A stretch of 64,000 nucleotides of DNA from Actinomycetota bacterium. GTDB taxonomy: Bacteria; Actinomycetota; CADDZG01; WHSQ01. The translations under genes were made by a program, and so were the position numbers. Numbering within the stretch: position 1 is the stretch's first letter; every line of letters starts with the position of its first letter. The notes under the pieces are model-generated. The model worked only from the letters and a program-made list of their open reading frames with translations. It made no database searches and had not been told where the DNA came from. Below, in pieces: positions 19,023-27,070 of this stretch. The stretch covers positions 5,531 through 69,530 of the forward strand of contig DATFFR010000014.1 of NCBI GenBank assembly GCA_035249925.1. The letters are read 5' to 3'.

Positions 19023-20213
19023 TCATGCGATCGGGATCGTGAACGAGAACCTCGAGCCCGTCCCCAACTCGCTCTCCGCCCACAATCGACCCTTCTGGTC
19101 CTCCACCATCCGTTTGCAGATGTATAGACCCAACCCCGTGCCCTCCACGTTGTCGTGCTGCCGGAGCCGCGAGAACCTCTTGAACAACTTGGGCATCTCG
19201 TCCGGCGTGATCCCTTCACCGTTATCTGCGACGGTCACGCGGAGCATGTTTGCGACGAGGCGCACCTCGACGTCGATCGTCGCCGGATCCCGGGCGTACT
19301 TGATCGCGTTCGTCAGGAGGTTCAACAGGACCTGCGCGTAACGAGCCTCGTCTCCCAGTGCCGAAGGGATGCCGTCGGGAAGCGACACCTCGATGCGAGC
19401 TTGACGGGCGACTGTCCTGATCGCTTCGCTGGTTCGCTCGACCATCGCCGCGAGATCGAACGGCGCTATGCGGTAGTTGAACTGACTCGCCTCTATCTGG
19501 GCGACCTGGAGGGTGTCCGTCACCATGCGGTCTAGCTCCGAGGCCCTGCGCTCCAGCCTGACGAGCAACTCTTTCTTCCGTTCATCGGAGAACTTCTCCC
19601 AATTGCGCTGCAGGGCTTGCACGAAACCGGTGATGATCGTCAACGGGGTCTTCATGTCGTGCACGACCATCCCCACGAATTCGTTCTTTAGCTCGTTCAC
19701 CTCCTCGAGCCGTCCGACGGCCTCCTTCAGGAGCAGCTCCGCGCTCTTGATCGCGGTGACGTCGTGGAGGGTGATCAACCGCGCGGTAGATCCCTGCCAC
19801 TCGGTCTCGACCACTCGCATCTGATAGGTGTGGATCTGCCCTCTCCGGTCGACGATCTCGATCAAGTCGGGCCTGTCCGCGGAAACGGGTACGCCGAGGG
19901 GCTGACCCGTCAGCTCGTGAGGGTGCTTGTCGAGCACGGTCGTCGCGGCCGGATTCATGAACAGGACGTTGCCGTCGCGATCCACAACCACGATGCCGTC
20001 TTCACTCGCCCCGACGATCGCACGGAACCGGCTCTCGGCCGCGTCGAGCGCGGCGGTTCGCTCCTCCAGCTCTTCCCGCAGTGCCAGGTTCGCCTCGACG
20101 ACCGCTTCCTCGAACCCGAGACGAACCGGGTCGGGTGGCTGGTCCTCCTGTCTCGGCTCCTCCCGGTTTGCCGTCATCCTCTCTAGCGTCTGACGAGCGA
20201 GGCCTGCGCACAA
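19023..20213 (-). CDS. Cytoplasmic PAS-domain sensor histidine kinase (HisKA/HATPase_c)
   Basis: PAS region (IVGASEDGIVVVDRDGNVLFMNPAA), H-box VHDMKTPLT, N-box LLNLLTNAIKY, G-boxes DNGEGI and GTGLGLYICK. No TM segment. An alternative start is at 20177. Confidence 0.88.
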   Translation of the reverse strand: MCAGLARQTLERMTANREEPRQEDQPPDPVRLGFEEAVVEANLALREELEERTAALDAAESRFRAIVGASEDGIVVVDRDGNVLFMNPAATTVLDKHPHELTGQPLGVPVSADRPDLIEIVDRRGQIHTYQMRVVETEWQGSTARLITLHDVTAIKSAELLLKEAVGRLEEVNELKNEFVGMVVHDMKTPLTIITGFVQALQRNWEKFSDERKKELLVRLERRASELDRMVTDTLQVAQIEASQFNYRIAPFDLAAMVERTSEAIRTVARQARIEVSLPDGIPSALGDEARYAQVLLNLLTNAIKYARDPATIDVEVRLVANMLRVTVADNGEGITPDEMPKLFKRFSRLRQHDNVEGTGLGLYICKRMVEDQKGRLWAESELGTGSRFSFTIPIA

Positions 20214-20340
20214 GGGGGAAGAGGAGCCGGGGGCGTCCCGGACCCACCGATCGGTCGTGGCCGTCGTTGCCTGGACTTCTGTGGACGGAGGAATAGCCTG
20301 GTCGGAGCCGCGGAGGGGAGTCGATGTGACCGGGTTTGTG

Positions 20341-21633
20341 ATGGTGCTCGAGTACCTGGATCTGGCCGCGTTCGTGCTGCTGGGTGTCTTGAGCTATCGC
20401 CACTGGAGGCAGCGCAGGGACCAGGCCAGCATGTGGGCCTTCCTCATGTTCGGGACGCTGGCCTTGATCGGCCTGCTCGGTGAGGTGCTCCCCGAGGAGG
20501 GCGACGGCACGTTCTTGACGATCGTCGAGAAGGTCGTTATCGCGATCCTTCTGCTCTTCCCGTACTTCCTGTACCGGCTGGCCGCCTCGTTCAGAAGCGG
20601 GGTCCGCTCGACCTGGGACGCCGCGGCCGTGCTGATGACCGGCGCGGTCATCTTGTGGGGGTTCCTGATCCCGCGCCTGCCGGATCAGGGCGAGGAACGC
20701 TCCGCCGTCGTCCAGCTGTTCGTGATGGCCGTCCTGGTGCAATGGGTCACGCTGTCGGTCGTGGTTGCCGCTCGGTTGTGGCGAGCCGGGTCGGACCAGC
20801 CCGTGGTCGCGAGCCGGCGGATGCGGAGCCTCGGTGCCGCCTCGATCCTGCTGAGCGTCGTGATCGTGATCTCCGGTACCGCCAGCGACGAACGCTCTGT
20901 CCCCGTCGAGCTCATGGTTCAGGCGCTCATCCTCTCCAGCCTCGGCGGCTTCTACCTGGCCCTTTTCCCTCCCGCCTGGCTGCGCACGTTGTGGCGCGGT
21001 GCATCGGAGGCTCGGCTTCGCGATGCGGTGGGGGCTTTGATGACCGCGTCGACGCGCGAAGAGGTGGTCGAGGGCGTGCTGCCTCACGCCGCGGAGCTCG
21101 TCGGCGGCCACGGCGTCGCGCTGGTGGACAAGGACTCGAACCTGTTGGGGTCGACCGGTTTCGCGCCGGAGGAGTTGACCGATCCGGGGAGCCTCGGCGC
21201 GCGTTCCAAGGACAACGACCGGTTGGCGGTCCTCGAGTACCCGTTCGGGTGCCTGGCGATCAAGACCACCCCCCACACCCCCTTCTTCGGCCAAGACGAC
21301 ATCGATCTCTTGGGCTCCCTCGGGCTGTTGACCAACCTTGCGCTGCAACGGCTCGACAAGGTCGAGCTCGAGCGCGAGGTAGCCGAGCTGCACGCTCGAA
21401 GACGCCAAGCGCTCGAGATCAACGACAACGTCGTGCAGGGGCTGGCCGTAGCCCATTACTCGTTCGAGCTCGGCCAGGAGGAGAAAGGTCGACAGGCGGT
21501 GGCCGACGCCCTAGCGGCCGCACGCCGGATCATCGGCGACCTCGTCAAGGATCTGCCCGCACACGAGCAGTTCGACCCCGCTACGCTCACCCGGGAGGCG
21601 CCCGCCTTCGAGCAGAGGAGGAGGAAGGGGTAG
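20341..21633 (+). CDS. Polytopic membrane protein with GAF-like domain and His-less HisKA_3-like helix; no ATPase domain
   Basis: About 6 TM segments and then a GAF-like segment. The C-terminus, RRRQALEINDNVVQGLAVAHYSFELG...AARRIIGDL, aligns to the HisKA_3 H-box (R.RIAREL-H-D.V.Q.L) with Asn at the His position (codon 21421-21423). The protein ends about 70 aa later. An alternative start is at 20257. Confidence 0.7.
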   Translation: MVLEYLDLAAFVLLGVLSYRHWRQRRDQASMWAFLMFGTLALIGLLGEVLPEEGDGTFLTIVEKVVIAILLLFPYFLYRLAASFRSGVRSTWDAAAVLMTGAVILWGFLIPRLPDQGEERSAVVQLFVMAVLVQWVTLSVVVAARLWRAGSDQPVVASRRMRSLGAASILLSVVIVISGTASDERSVPVELMVQALILSSLGGFYLALFPPAWLRTLWRGASEARLRDAVGALMTASTREEVVEGVLPHAAELVGGHGVALVDKDSNLLGSTGFAPEELTDPGSLGARSKDNDRLAVLEYPFGCLAIKTTPHTPFFGQDDIDLLGSLGLLTNLALQRLDKVELEREVAELHARRRQALEINDNVVQGLAVAHYSFELGQEEKGRQAVADALAAARRIIGDLVKDLPAHEQFDPATLTREAPAFEQRRRKG

Positions 21634-21724
21634 GACCAGCGCTCCACTAGTCCGGCTGGGCTAGGCCTTCTTTAGTCCATCCAGGTCCTATGCATGGGGT
21701 GCTTTCAGCCCGATAACTGAAGGG

Positions 21725-22288
21725 ATGTCCGAACAGGTCAGCACCGAACACGCACTCGAACTCGTGAACGAGCTTCACGAGTGGGTCATCGCGCTCGAAG
21801 GCGCTTCGTTCGACCCGGCTGCGATGGTCGAAGCCGATCGCCTTGCGATCGAGGTCCTAGAGGCCGGCCACGGCCGGGACAAAGCGATAGAGGCCGGAAA
21901 GACCTGCTACATCACCCAGCTGAGTGACCTGCCCGCGCGCGTGCTCGTCGTAGACGACGAGAGCGATGTGCGCGTTCTGCTCCGGCTGCATATCGACCGG
22001 CCGGGCATGTCCGTCATCGCCGAGGCTGCGACGGGTGCCGACGCGATCAAGGCCGTCGACGAGCAACGCCCCGACATCGTCGTTCTCGATCTCAACATGC
22101 CTGTGCTCGACGGGGTCGAGGCCCTCAAGGTGATCAAGGAGCGGTGGCCGGGCACGAACGTCGTCGTCCACACCGCGTTCGGGGAGCTCTTCAAGCCGAA
22201 GCTCGCCGGCATCGAGTACGAGGGCTTCGTCGAGAAGAGCGGCTCCTTCCAGGAGGTCACCGACAAGATCGAGGCCCTGGTCTCTTAA
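21725..22288 (+). CDS. Stand-alone receiver (REC) protein with ~65-aa N-terminal extension
   Basis: RVLVVDDESD...DIVVLDLNMPVLDG...VVVHTAF...FVEKS has all the canonical REC residues. There is no output domain. Confidence 0.85.
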   Translation: MSEQVSTEHALELVNELHEWVIALEGASFDPAAMVEADRLAIEVLEAGHGRDKAIEAGKTCYITQLSDLPARVLVVDDESDVRVLLRLHIDRPGMSVIAEAATGADAIKAVDEQRPDIVVLDLNMPVLDGVEALKVIKERWPGTNVVVHTAFGELFKPKLAGIEYEGFVEKSGSFQEVTDKIEALVS

Positions 22289-22302
22289 CTCCTCTGCTTG
22301 CA

Positions 22303-22324
22303 CGAGGACCCACGCCGGTCCTCG
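22303..22324 (+). terminator. Putative hairpin after REC gene
   Basis: CGAGGACC-CACGCC-GGTCCTCG, an 8-bp stem 15 nt after the stop. No T-tract. Confidence 0.4.
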
Positions 22325-22394
22325 AGGCGGCGCGATTCGCTCCAAACCCCTTCTCAACCACTCGTAACACCTCTAACGTCAAGCGTGGGAACCA

Positions 22395-25300
22395 ATGGTT
22401 ACCAGGGTCTGCTCTTGGTGTGGGCAGAGTTTCGACGCCGTAGTGCGACCGGGGCCGTCGCCCCGTTACTGCAGGCCGTCCCACCGTCAACGCGCTTATG
22501 AGGCCCGTCGCAGGACGAGGGTGGATCCCACGGATGGCTTGAGTTCTGCCGAGGCTGATTCGTCACGGTCGACCGTCACTCCTGACCCCCGCGTTGGAGC
22601 CGTCGGTGTCGGCGCCACGCCTCGTGGCAACGAGGAACTGGCGTTCAAGATCCTCGGTCCCATCGAGGTGATGCGGGCCAACGGGGATCGGATCGTGTTG
22701 AGCCCCGAGCTGCGCGCGGTGCTCGGGATCCTGATCCTCCGGCCCCGGCAGGTCGTGCCCGTCGAAGACTTCATCGATGCACTGTGGCCGACCGTGGAGG
22801 ATCGGGTCGCGAGACGACGCCTTCACACCGCTATGTGGAAATTGCGCAAGCTCTTGAATCCGGGCGGAGTGGGACATAGCCGCTCGCTCATCAAGTGGTC
22901 GTCCCCGGGCTATGTCCTCGAGGTTGCAGACCGTCAACTCGATTGGGTGCGCTTCCGTCGCCTTCGGCTGGCCGGCGAAGAGGAGCTACGTCTAGGTGAG
23001 CCAAGGCTGGCCAAGACCTACCTGTCGGCCGCCCTCACGTTCTGGGTCGGCACGGAGGCATTGTTGAACGTCGAAGTGCCGGTTCGTGACCTTGGTTTCG
23101 TCGCCGAGCGGAACGCGGGAAGAGAGCGCGCAGCCCAAGCTCTCGTCGAGGCTTGCTTTCGGATCGGCGAGCACGACAGGGTGATTCCCGAGCTAGAAGC
23201 CCGCATCGCGGTCGAGCCGTTCGACGACGAAGCCGTTACGCACCTGGCGATTGCCTACTACCGCTCCGGGAACCCCCAGCGTGCGCTTGCGATCTGCCGC
23301 CACTATCTCGATCTGTGGGCCAACGACGACTCGGCCCGACCGGCGCCGCTCGTCACGGAACTCCATACATCGATCTTGCGACGCGACGTCGATATCGGTG
23401 GCCCGGCCCTCGGGAGATCGACACCCAAGCCAGAACCTGTTCTCGGGCAAGGCGCCTTCATGTCGGCTTCCTGGCCCGGGTTTCCCCCATCTCGAACCGA
23501 CCCGGTTCCGGCAGAGCTCGTTCTTCTGATCGCAGAGCGCGGCGGACACGTCTTCGACTCGACTGATTCCTCCGTCGAAGCTTCCTTCGCCGATGCGGCG
23601 GCGGCCATCGATGCAGCGCTCGCGCTCCACCGATGTCTGGGGATCCCGTCGCCGGCGCGCGTCGGCATCGAGATCCCCCGTTCCAAGCGGATCGACGAAG
23701 CCTTCGACGGACCGGTCCGAGCTCGCGCTCGGCTGCTTGCGATCGCTGCCCGCGAAGGACAGGTCCTCGTTTCCACCAACGATGAGCGCTTCGTCGTGGG
23801 ACATGAGAGCCCCGGGGCCAGACTGATCTCCCTGGGCCGTCATCGGCTGAACGCTCTCAGCCACCCAACCCCGGTCTTCCGGCTCGAAGCTCCGGGACTG
23901 TCCTCGAACGAGGAGGCTCCGCTGTGGTTCGACCGGGGGAGTCCCGCATCGACCGAGGACGGCTTCCGGTTGGTCGGTCGCGATCGAGAGATAGCAGAGA
24001 TCAGCAGTCGGCTCGGACGAGCACGACTGGTCACGCTCGTCGGTGCGCCGGGTAGTGGCAAGACCAAGCTCGCCGGTCACGTTTCCGGCGGCCTCTCGGG
24101 AGAGTACCGAGACGGAGTTTGGCACGTAGCGCTCCATCCTCTGTCGCAGCCGGGGATGGTCGCTCCGACTATCGCCGAGGTCCTCAGGCTCCCGCGTCCG
24201 GCGGCTTTGCATCGCGATGCCCTCTTCCGGGCCCTACGCGACCGAGAAGCGCTTCTTGTTCTCGACAACTGCGAACACCTTCTGGAGGAATGCCGGGAGC
24301 TCGTCGACGGATTGCTGGGACAGTGTCCCGAGATCTCCGTCCTCGCGACGAGCCGCGAATCGCTTGGTTCGCGTTTCGAGAACGTCCTAACCGTGCACCC
24401 CTTGGAGCGGCCTCCTATGGGGCCACCAGACATGGTCTTGGGCAACGCGGCGGTGATGCTCTTGCACGACCGACTAGCGGTCGATGAGGCGGCACCACTA
24501 AAACAGGACTCCCTTTCGCGTGTGAACATCGAGGCGATCGCGAGGATCTGCCGGGCGGTCGACGGGATCCCGCTGGCTCTCGTCCTGGCCGCGGCACGGG
24601 CTGAAGAGCTCGGGGTAGATCGGCTCGCGGATGCCCTCGAGGAAACGTTGGGTGAGGGCCAAGGCCTCACCGTCCTGTCGGCACCGGCCGGAAACGGCGC
24701 GCTGCCGACGAGTCTCGGAGCAACGATGGAATGGAGTTACGAGCTTCTGGACGAGAGTGAGCGAGAGCTCTTCGAGTGCCTCGCCGTGTTCAGAGCCTCT
24801 TTCGGCCCCGAAGACGTCGTTGCGGTATGTGGCGGGTCGGGCCTCTGTGGACAGGAAAACATCGAGGCCGGGCTGCAGCGCCTCATCCGAGTGTCGTTGG
24901 TCATCAAGGAAGGCAACTCCGGCCGCTTCCGACTACTTCAACCGATCAGAGATTTCGCTTCGCACATGTTGTTGGCGAGACCCGGACGAGCCCTCGAGGT
25001 CCGCCGATGCCACGCGCACCACTTCATGTCGCTCGCAGAAGAGGCCGAGCCTTACCTCCGTGGCCCTCAGGATCGAGACGTCTTGGATCGTCTCGACCGA
25101 TCTCTTCCCGATCTGTACGCCGCGATCCGCTGGGCGATCGAACACAGAGAGTCCGGCAGCGCTCTGAGACTGGTGGGATCGATGTGGGTTCTGTGGCTCG
25201 TACGTGGCCGCATCGTCGAGGGGTGGCACATGCTCGAGGCCGCGCTCGATCTCGAGCCCCTTCCGACCGAGGGGCGCGTCAAGGCGCTGGCCGGGTGTGC

Positions 25301-26168
25301 CCGGCTCGCCTGGTTCGGCGGCAATCTCAATCGCACTCTCGAGTGCAACCGAGAGATCCTGGCCATCGCCGAGATGACGGGTGATGCATGGGCATGGGCG
25401 TTATCGGCGCTCGGTTTTGCGGCAGTCGAGATGTTCGGGAGTGAAGACGACGCCGTACCGCTTCGGATCGAGGAAGTGCTTCCGCAATTCCGTGCTCTCG
25501 GGAACGACTGGGAAACTGGAATGGCGCTGCAAACACTCACCGGAGCGGCTTGGCACAGAGGGAAATACGAAAGGGCCGAGAAGGCAGCAGCCCAAACCGC
25601 GGGGATCTTTCGTTCGCTGGGACACCCGACCTTGATGAGCTCGCAGCGGATTCACGGGCTGATGCTGGCGCTGTTAGGTGACATCGAGGCCGGTATCTCC
25701 GAAGTAGACAGGAGCATGGCGAACAGCTATGAGGCGAGTGATCTGGCCGGGCTCGCGGAGTCCTTGTGTTGCCGGGGCGCGATCGGACGCTACGGAGGCA
25801 ATCACGACCTCTCTCGTCACTACTACCGAGATGCGTTGCGGGCGGCACGTGACGCCGGCCAGGTCTGGATGATCCAGTGGGCCTTGGGAGGATTGGGAAA
25901 TACCGACCAACTTGGGCTGAATGTTCCCACCGAGCGTCTCGACGCCTGTGTGCAGCTGATCGCGAGAGCCGAGGAGCTGGGAGACGAGACCGGTATCACG
26001 ATGGCTCCGCGCGAGCTGGACTTCCGGCGTCGCGACCTCGCGCGAGCTCGGGCACACCTTGGAGAGGACGCGTTCGAAGAGGCAGTGGGGCAAGGCCGCA
26101 GGCTCGATCTACCGGAAGCGATCGAGCTCGCGCTCAGTCTGGAGAGCCACCCTGCCACCATCGGATAG
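22395..26168 (+). CDS. Large multidomain regulator: Zn-ribbon / SARP (wHTH+BTAD) / degenerate class III cyclase-like domain / P-loop NTPase / TPR-like repeats
   Basis: 1257 aa. N-terminus CSWCGQSF...YCRPSHRQRAYEARRR. The OmpR-type wHTH (FKILGPIEV...LRAVLGILILRP...VEDFIDALWP) plus BTAD helices form the SARP part. The cyclase-homology block (VLLIAERGGHVFDSTDSSVEASF...ARVGIEI...VRARARLLAIAAREGQVLVS...LGRHRL) has non-canonical residues where I place the first metal Asp and the catalytic Asn. Walker A is LVGAPGSGKT (24042-24065), followed by LLVLDNCEH. The C-terminal ~400 aa is a helical repeat region. Confidence 0.85.
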   Translation: MVTRVCSWCGQSFDAVVRPGPSPRYCRPSHRQRAYEARRRTRVDPTDGLSSAEADSSRSTVTPDPRVGAVGVGATPRGNEELAFKILGPIEVMRANGDRIVLSPELRAVLGILILRPRQVVPVEDFIDALWPTVEDRVARRRLHTAMWKLRKLLNPGGVGHSRSLIKWSSPGYVLEVADRQLDWVRFRRLRLAGEEELRLGEPRLAKTYLSAALTFWVGTEALLNVEVPVRDLGFVAERNAGRERAAQALVEACFRIGEHDRVIPELEARIAVEPFDDEAVTHLAIAYYRSGNPQRALAICRHYLDLWANDDSARPAPLVTELHTSILRRDVDIGGPALGRSTPKPEPVLGQGAFMSASWPGFPPSRTDPVPAELVLLIAERGGHVFDSTDSSVEASFADAAAAIDAALALHRCLGIPSPARVGIEIPRSKRIDEAFDGPVRARARLLAIAAREGQVLVSTNDERFVVGHESPGARLISLGRHRLNALSHPTPVFRLEAPGLSSNEEAPLWFDRGSPASTEDGFRLVGRDREIAEISSRLGRARLVTLVGAPGSGKTKLAGHVSGGLSGEYRDGVWHVALHPLSQPGMVAPTIAEVLRLPRPAALHRDALFRALRDREALLVLDNCEHLLEECRELVDGLLGQCPEISVLATSRESLGSRFENVLTVHPLERPPMGPPDMVLGNAAVMLLHDRLAVDEAAPLKQDSLSRVNIEAIARICRAVDGIPLALVLAAARAEELGVDRLADALEETLGEGQGLTVLSAPAGNGALPTSLGATMEWSYELLDESERELFECLAVFRASFGPEDVVAVCGGSGLCGQENIEAGLQRLIRVSLVIKEGNSGRFRLLQPIRDFASHMLLARPGRALEVRRCHAHHFMSLAEEAEPYLRGPQDRDVLDRLDRSLPDLYAAIRWAIEHRESGSALRLVGSMWVLWLVRGRIVEGWHMLEAALDLEPLPTEGRVKALAGCARLAWFGGNLNRTLECNREILAIAEMTGDAWAWALSALGFAAVEMFGSEDDAVPLRIEEVLPQFRALGNDWETGMALQTLTGAAWHRGKYERAEKAAAQTAGIFRSLGHPTLMSSQRIHGLMLALLGDIEAGISEVDRSMANSYEASDLAGLAESLCCRGAIGRYGGNHDLSRHYYRDALRAARDAGQVWMIQWALGGLGNTDQLGLNVPTERLDACVQLIARAEELGDETGITMAPRELDFRRRDLARARAHLGEDAFEEAVGQGRRLDLPEAIELALSLESHPATIG

Positions 26169-26268
26169 CTAATTCGTCACGGCTCCCATGTTGAGTGGCC
26201 GTTGACCGTCACTGAGGAGGATCCGCAGAGGGTTGACGTGACCCGACCCTGCCTACACGGGTGGCCGA

Positions 26269-26955
26269 ATGAGCCCCTCCCAGGAGGACAAGGTGTCGAT
26301 CGTCGTGTGCGACGACCAACCGGCCGTCGCTCAGGGGTTGGCGCGCGTTCTCGAAGCCGAGCGCGACGAGCTCTCCGTCGTCGGCATCGCCAACGATGCC
26401 CGACGGGCGGAGGCCTTGGTCAAGGAGACCCTTCCGGATATCGCCGTGATGGACATCTATATGCCCGACGTGGACGGTATCGAGGCAACGCGTCGGATCC
26501 GAGCCGCATGCCCCAGCACCCAGGTCGTGATCCTGACGGCGAGCGAGCGCGAGGAAGATCTCTATCGGGGGATAAAAGCCGGAGCTCTCGGCTACGTCAC
26601 GAAAGACCAAGATCCATCGTCGATCGCCGACGTGATCATGGCCGTGCACCACAAGAACTACGCGTTGCCGGCGCATCTCGCCGGTCGCATGCTCCAGGAC
26701 GTCAACGAGAAGAACCTCCCCGACTATCTCGACGACGACGAGCGAACCATCCTTGCCGAGATCGCCGCCGGTAACACCGACAAGCAGATCGCCGCGAGCC
26801 TCCACGTCGGCGAAAGGACCGTTCGGAGGCGCATCCACAACATCTACGAGAAGTTGCATCTGGCCGACCGGGTCGAGGCCGCTCTGTTCGCGGCCCGCCG
26901 GGGGATCGCTCCATATCCAGGCAGCTCCAAGCCACCCTCGAAGGAGGAGGGGTGA
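26269..26955 (+). CDS. NarL/FixJ-family response regulator (REC + LuxR HTH)
   Basis: IVVCDDQPAV...DIAVMDIYMPDVDG...VVILTASE...GYVTKD, followed by ERTILAEIAAGNTDKQIAASLHVGERTVRRRIHNIYEKL. Confidence 0.9.
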   Translation: MSPSQEDKVSIVVCDDQPAVAQGLARVLEAERDELSVVGIANDARRAEALVKETLPDIAVMDIYMPDVDGIEATRRIRAACPSTQVVILTASEREEDLYRGIKAGALGYVTKDQDPSSIADVIMAVHHKNYALPAHLAGRMLQDVNEKNLPDYLDDDERTILAEIAAGNTDKQIAASLHVGERTVRRRIHNIYEKLHLADRVEAALFAARRGIAPYPGSSKPPSKEEG

Positions 26956-27070
26956 GCAGCGGCCACGGATCTGTCCGTGTACGGCCACAACCTTGGCCGC
27001 ACTCACCTCTTTATGGGCAGCGGGGACTAGTCCAGTGTGGACCTGTTCCATTAAGCGGAGTCTCGAGAAC

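Noticed and set aside
20002-21456. 484-aa minus-strand ORF. The same issue applies to 37107-38657, 51854-53629, 53636-54898, 55842-56924 and 61010-62149.
   Set aside because: All are antisense shadows of recognised genes (membrane GAF protein, pmt, mfd, mazG, cupredoxin A). They have R/G/P/D-rich composition and no motifs.
23443-23910. Active adenylate/guanylate cyclase domain in the large regulator
   Set aside because: Homology to class III cyclases is visible, but the residues I align to the first metal-binding Asp and the transition-state Asn are replaced. It is therefore called degenerate rather than enzymatic.
26753-27070. N-terminal 106 codons of the 1461-aa track ORF for the giant protein
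   Set aside because: This part overlaps the LuxR-type regulator gene in another frame and reads as Pro/Arg/Ser-rich junk. A signal peptide begins right after GTG 27071/27083.
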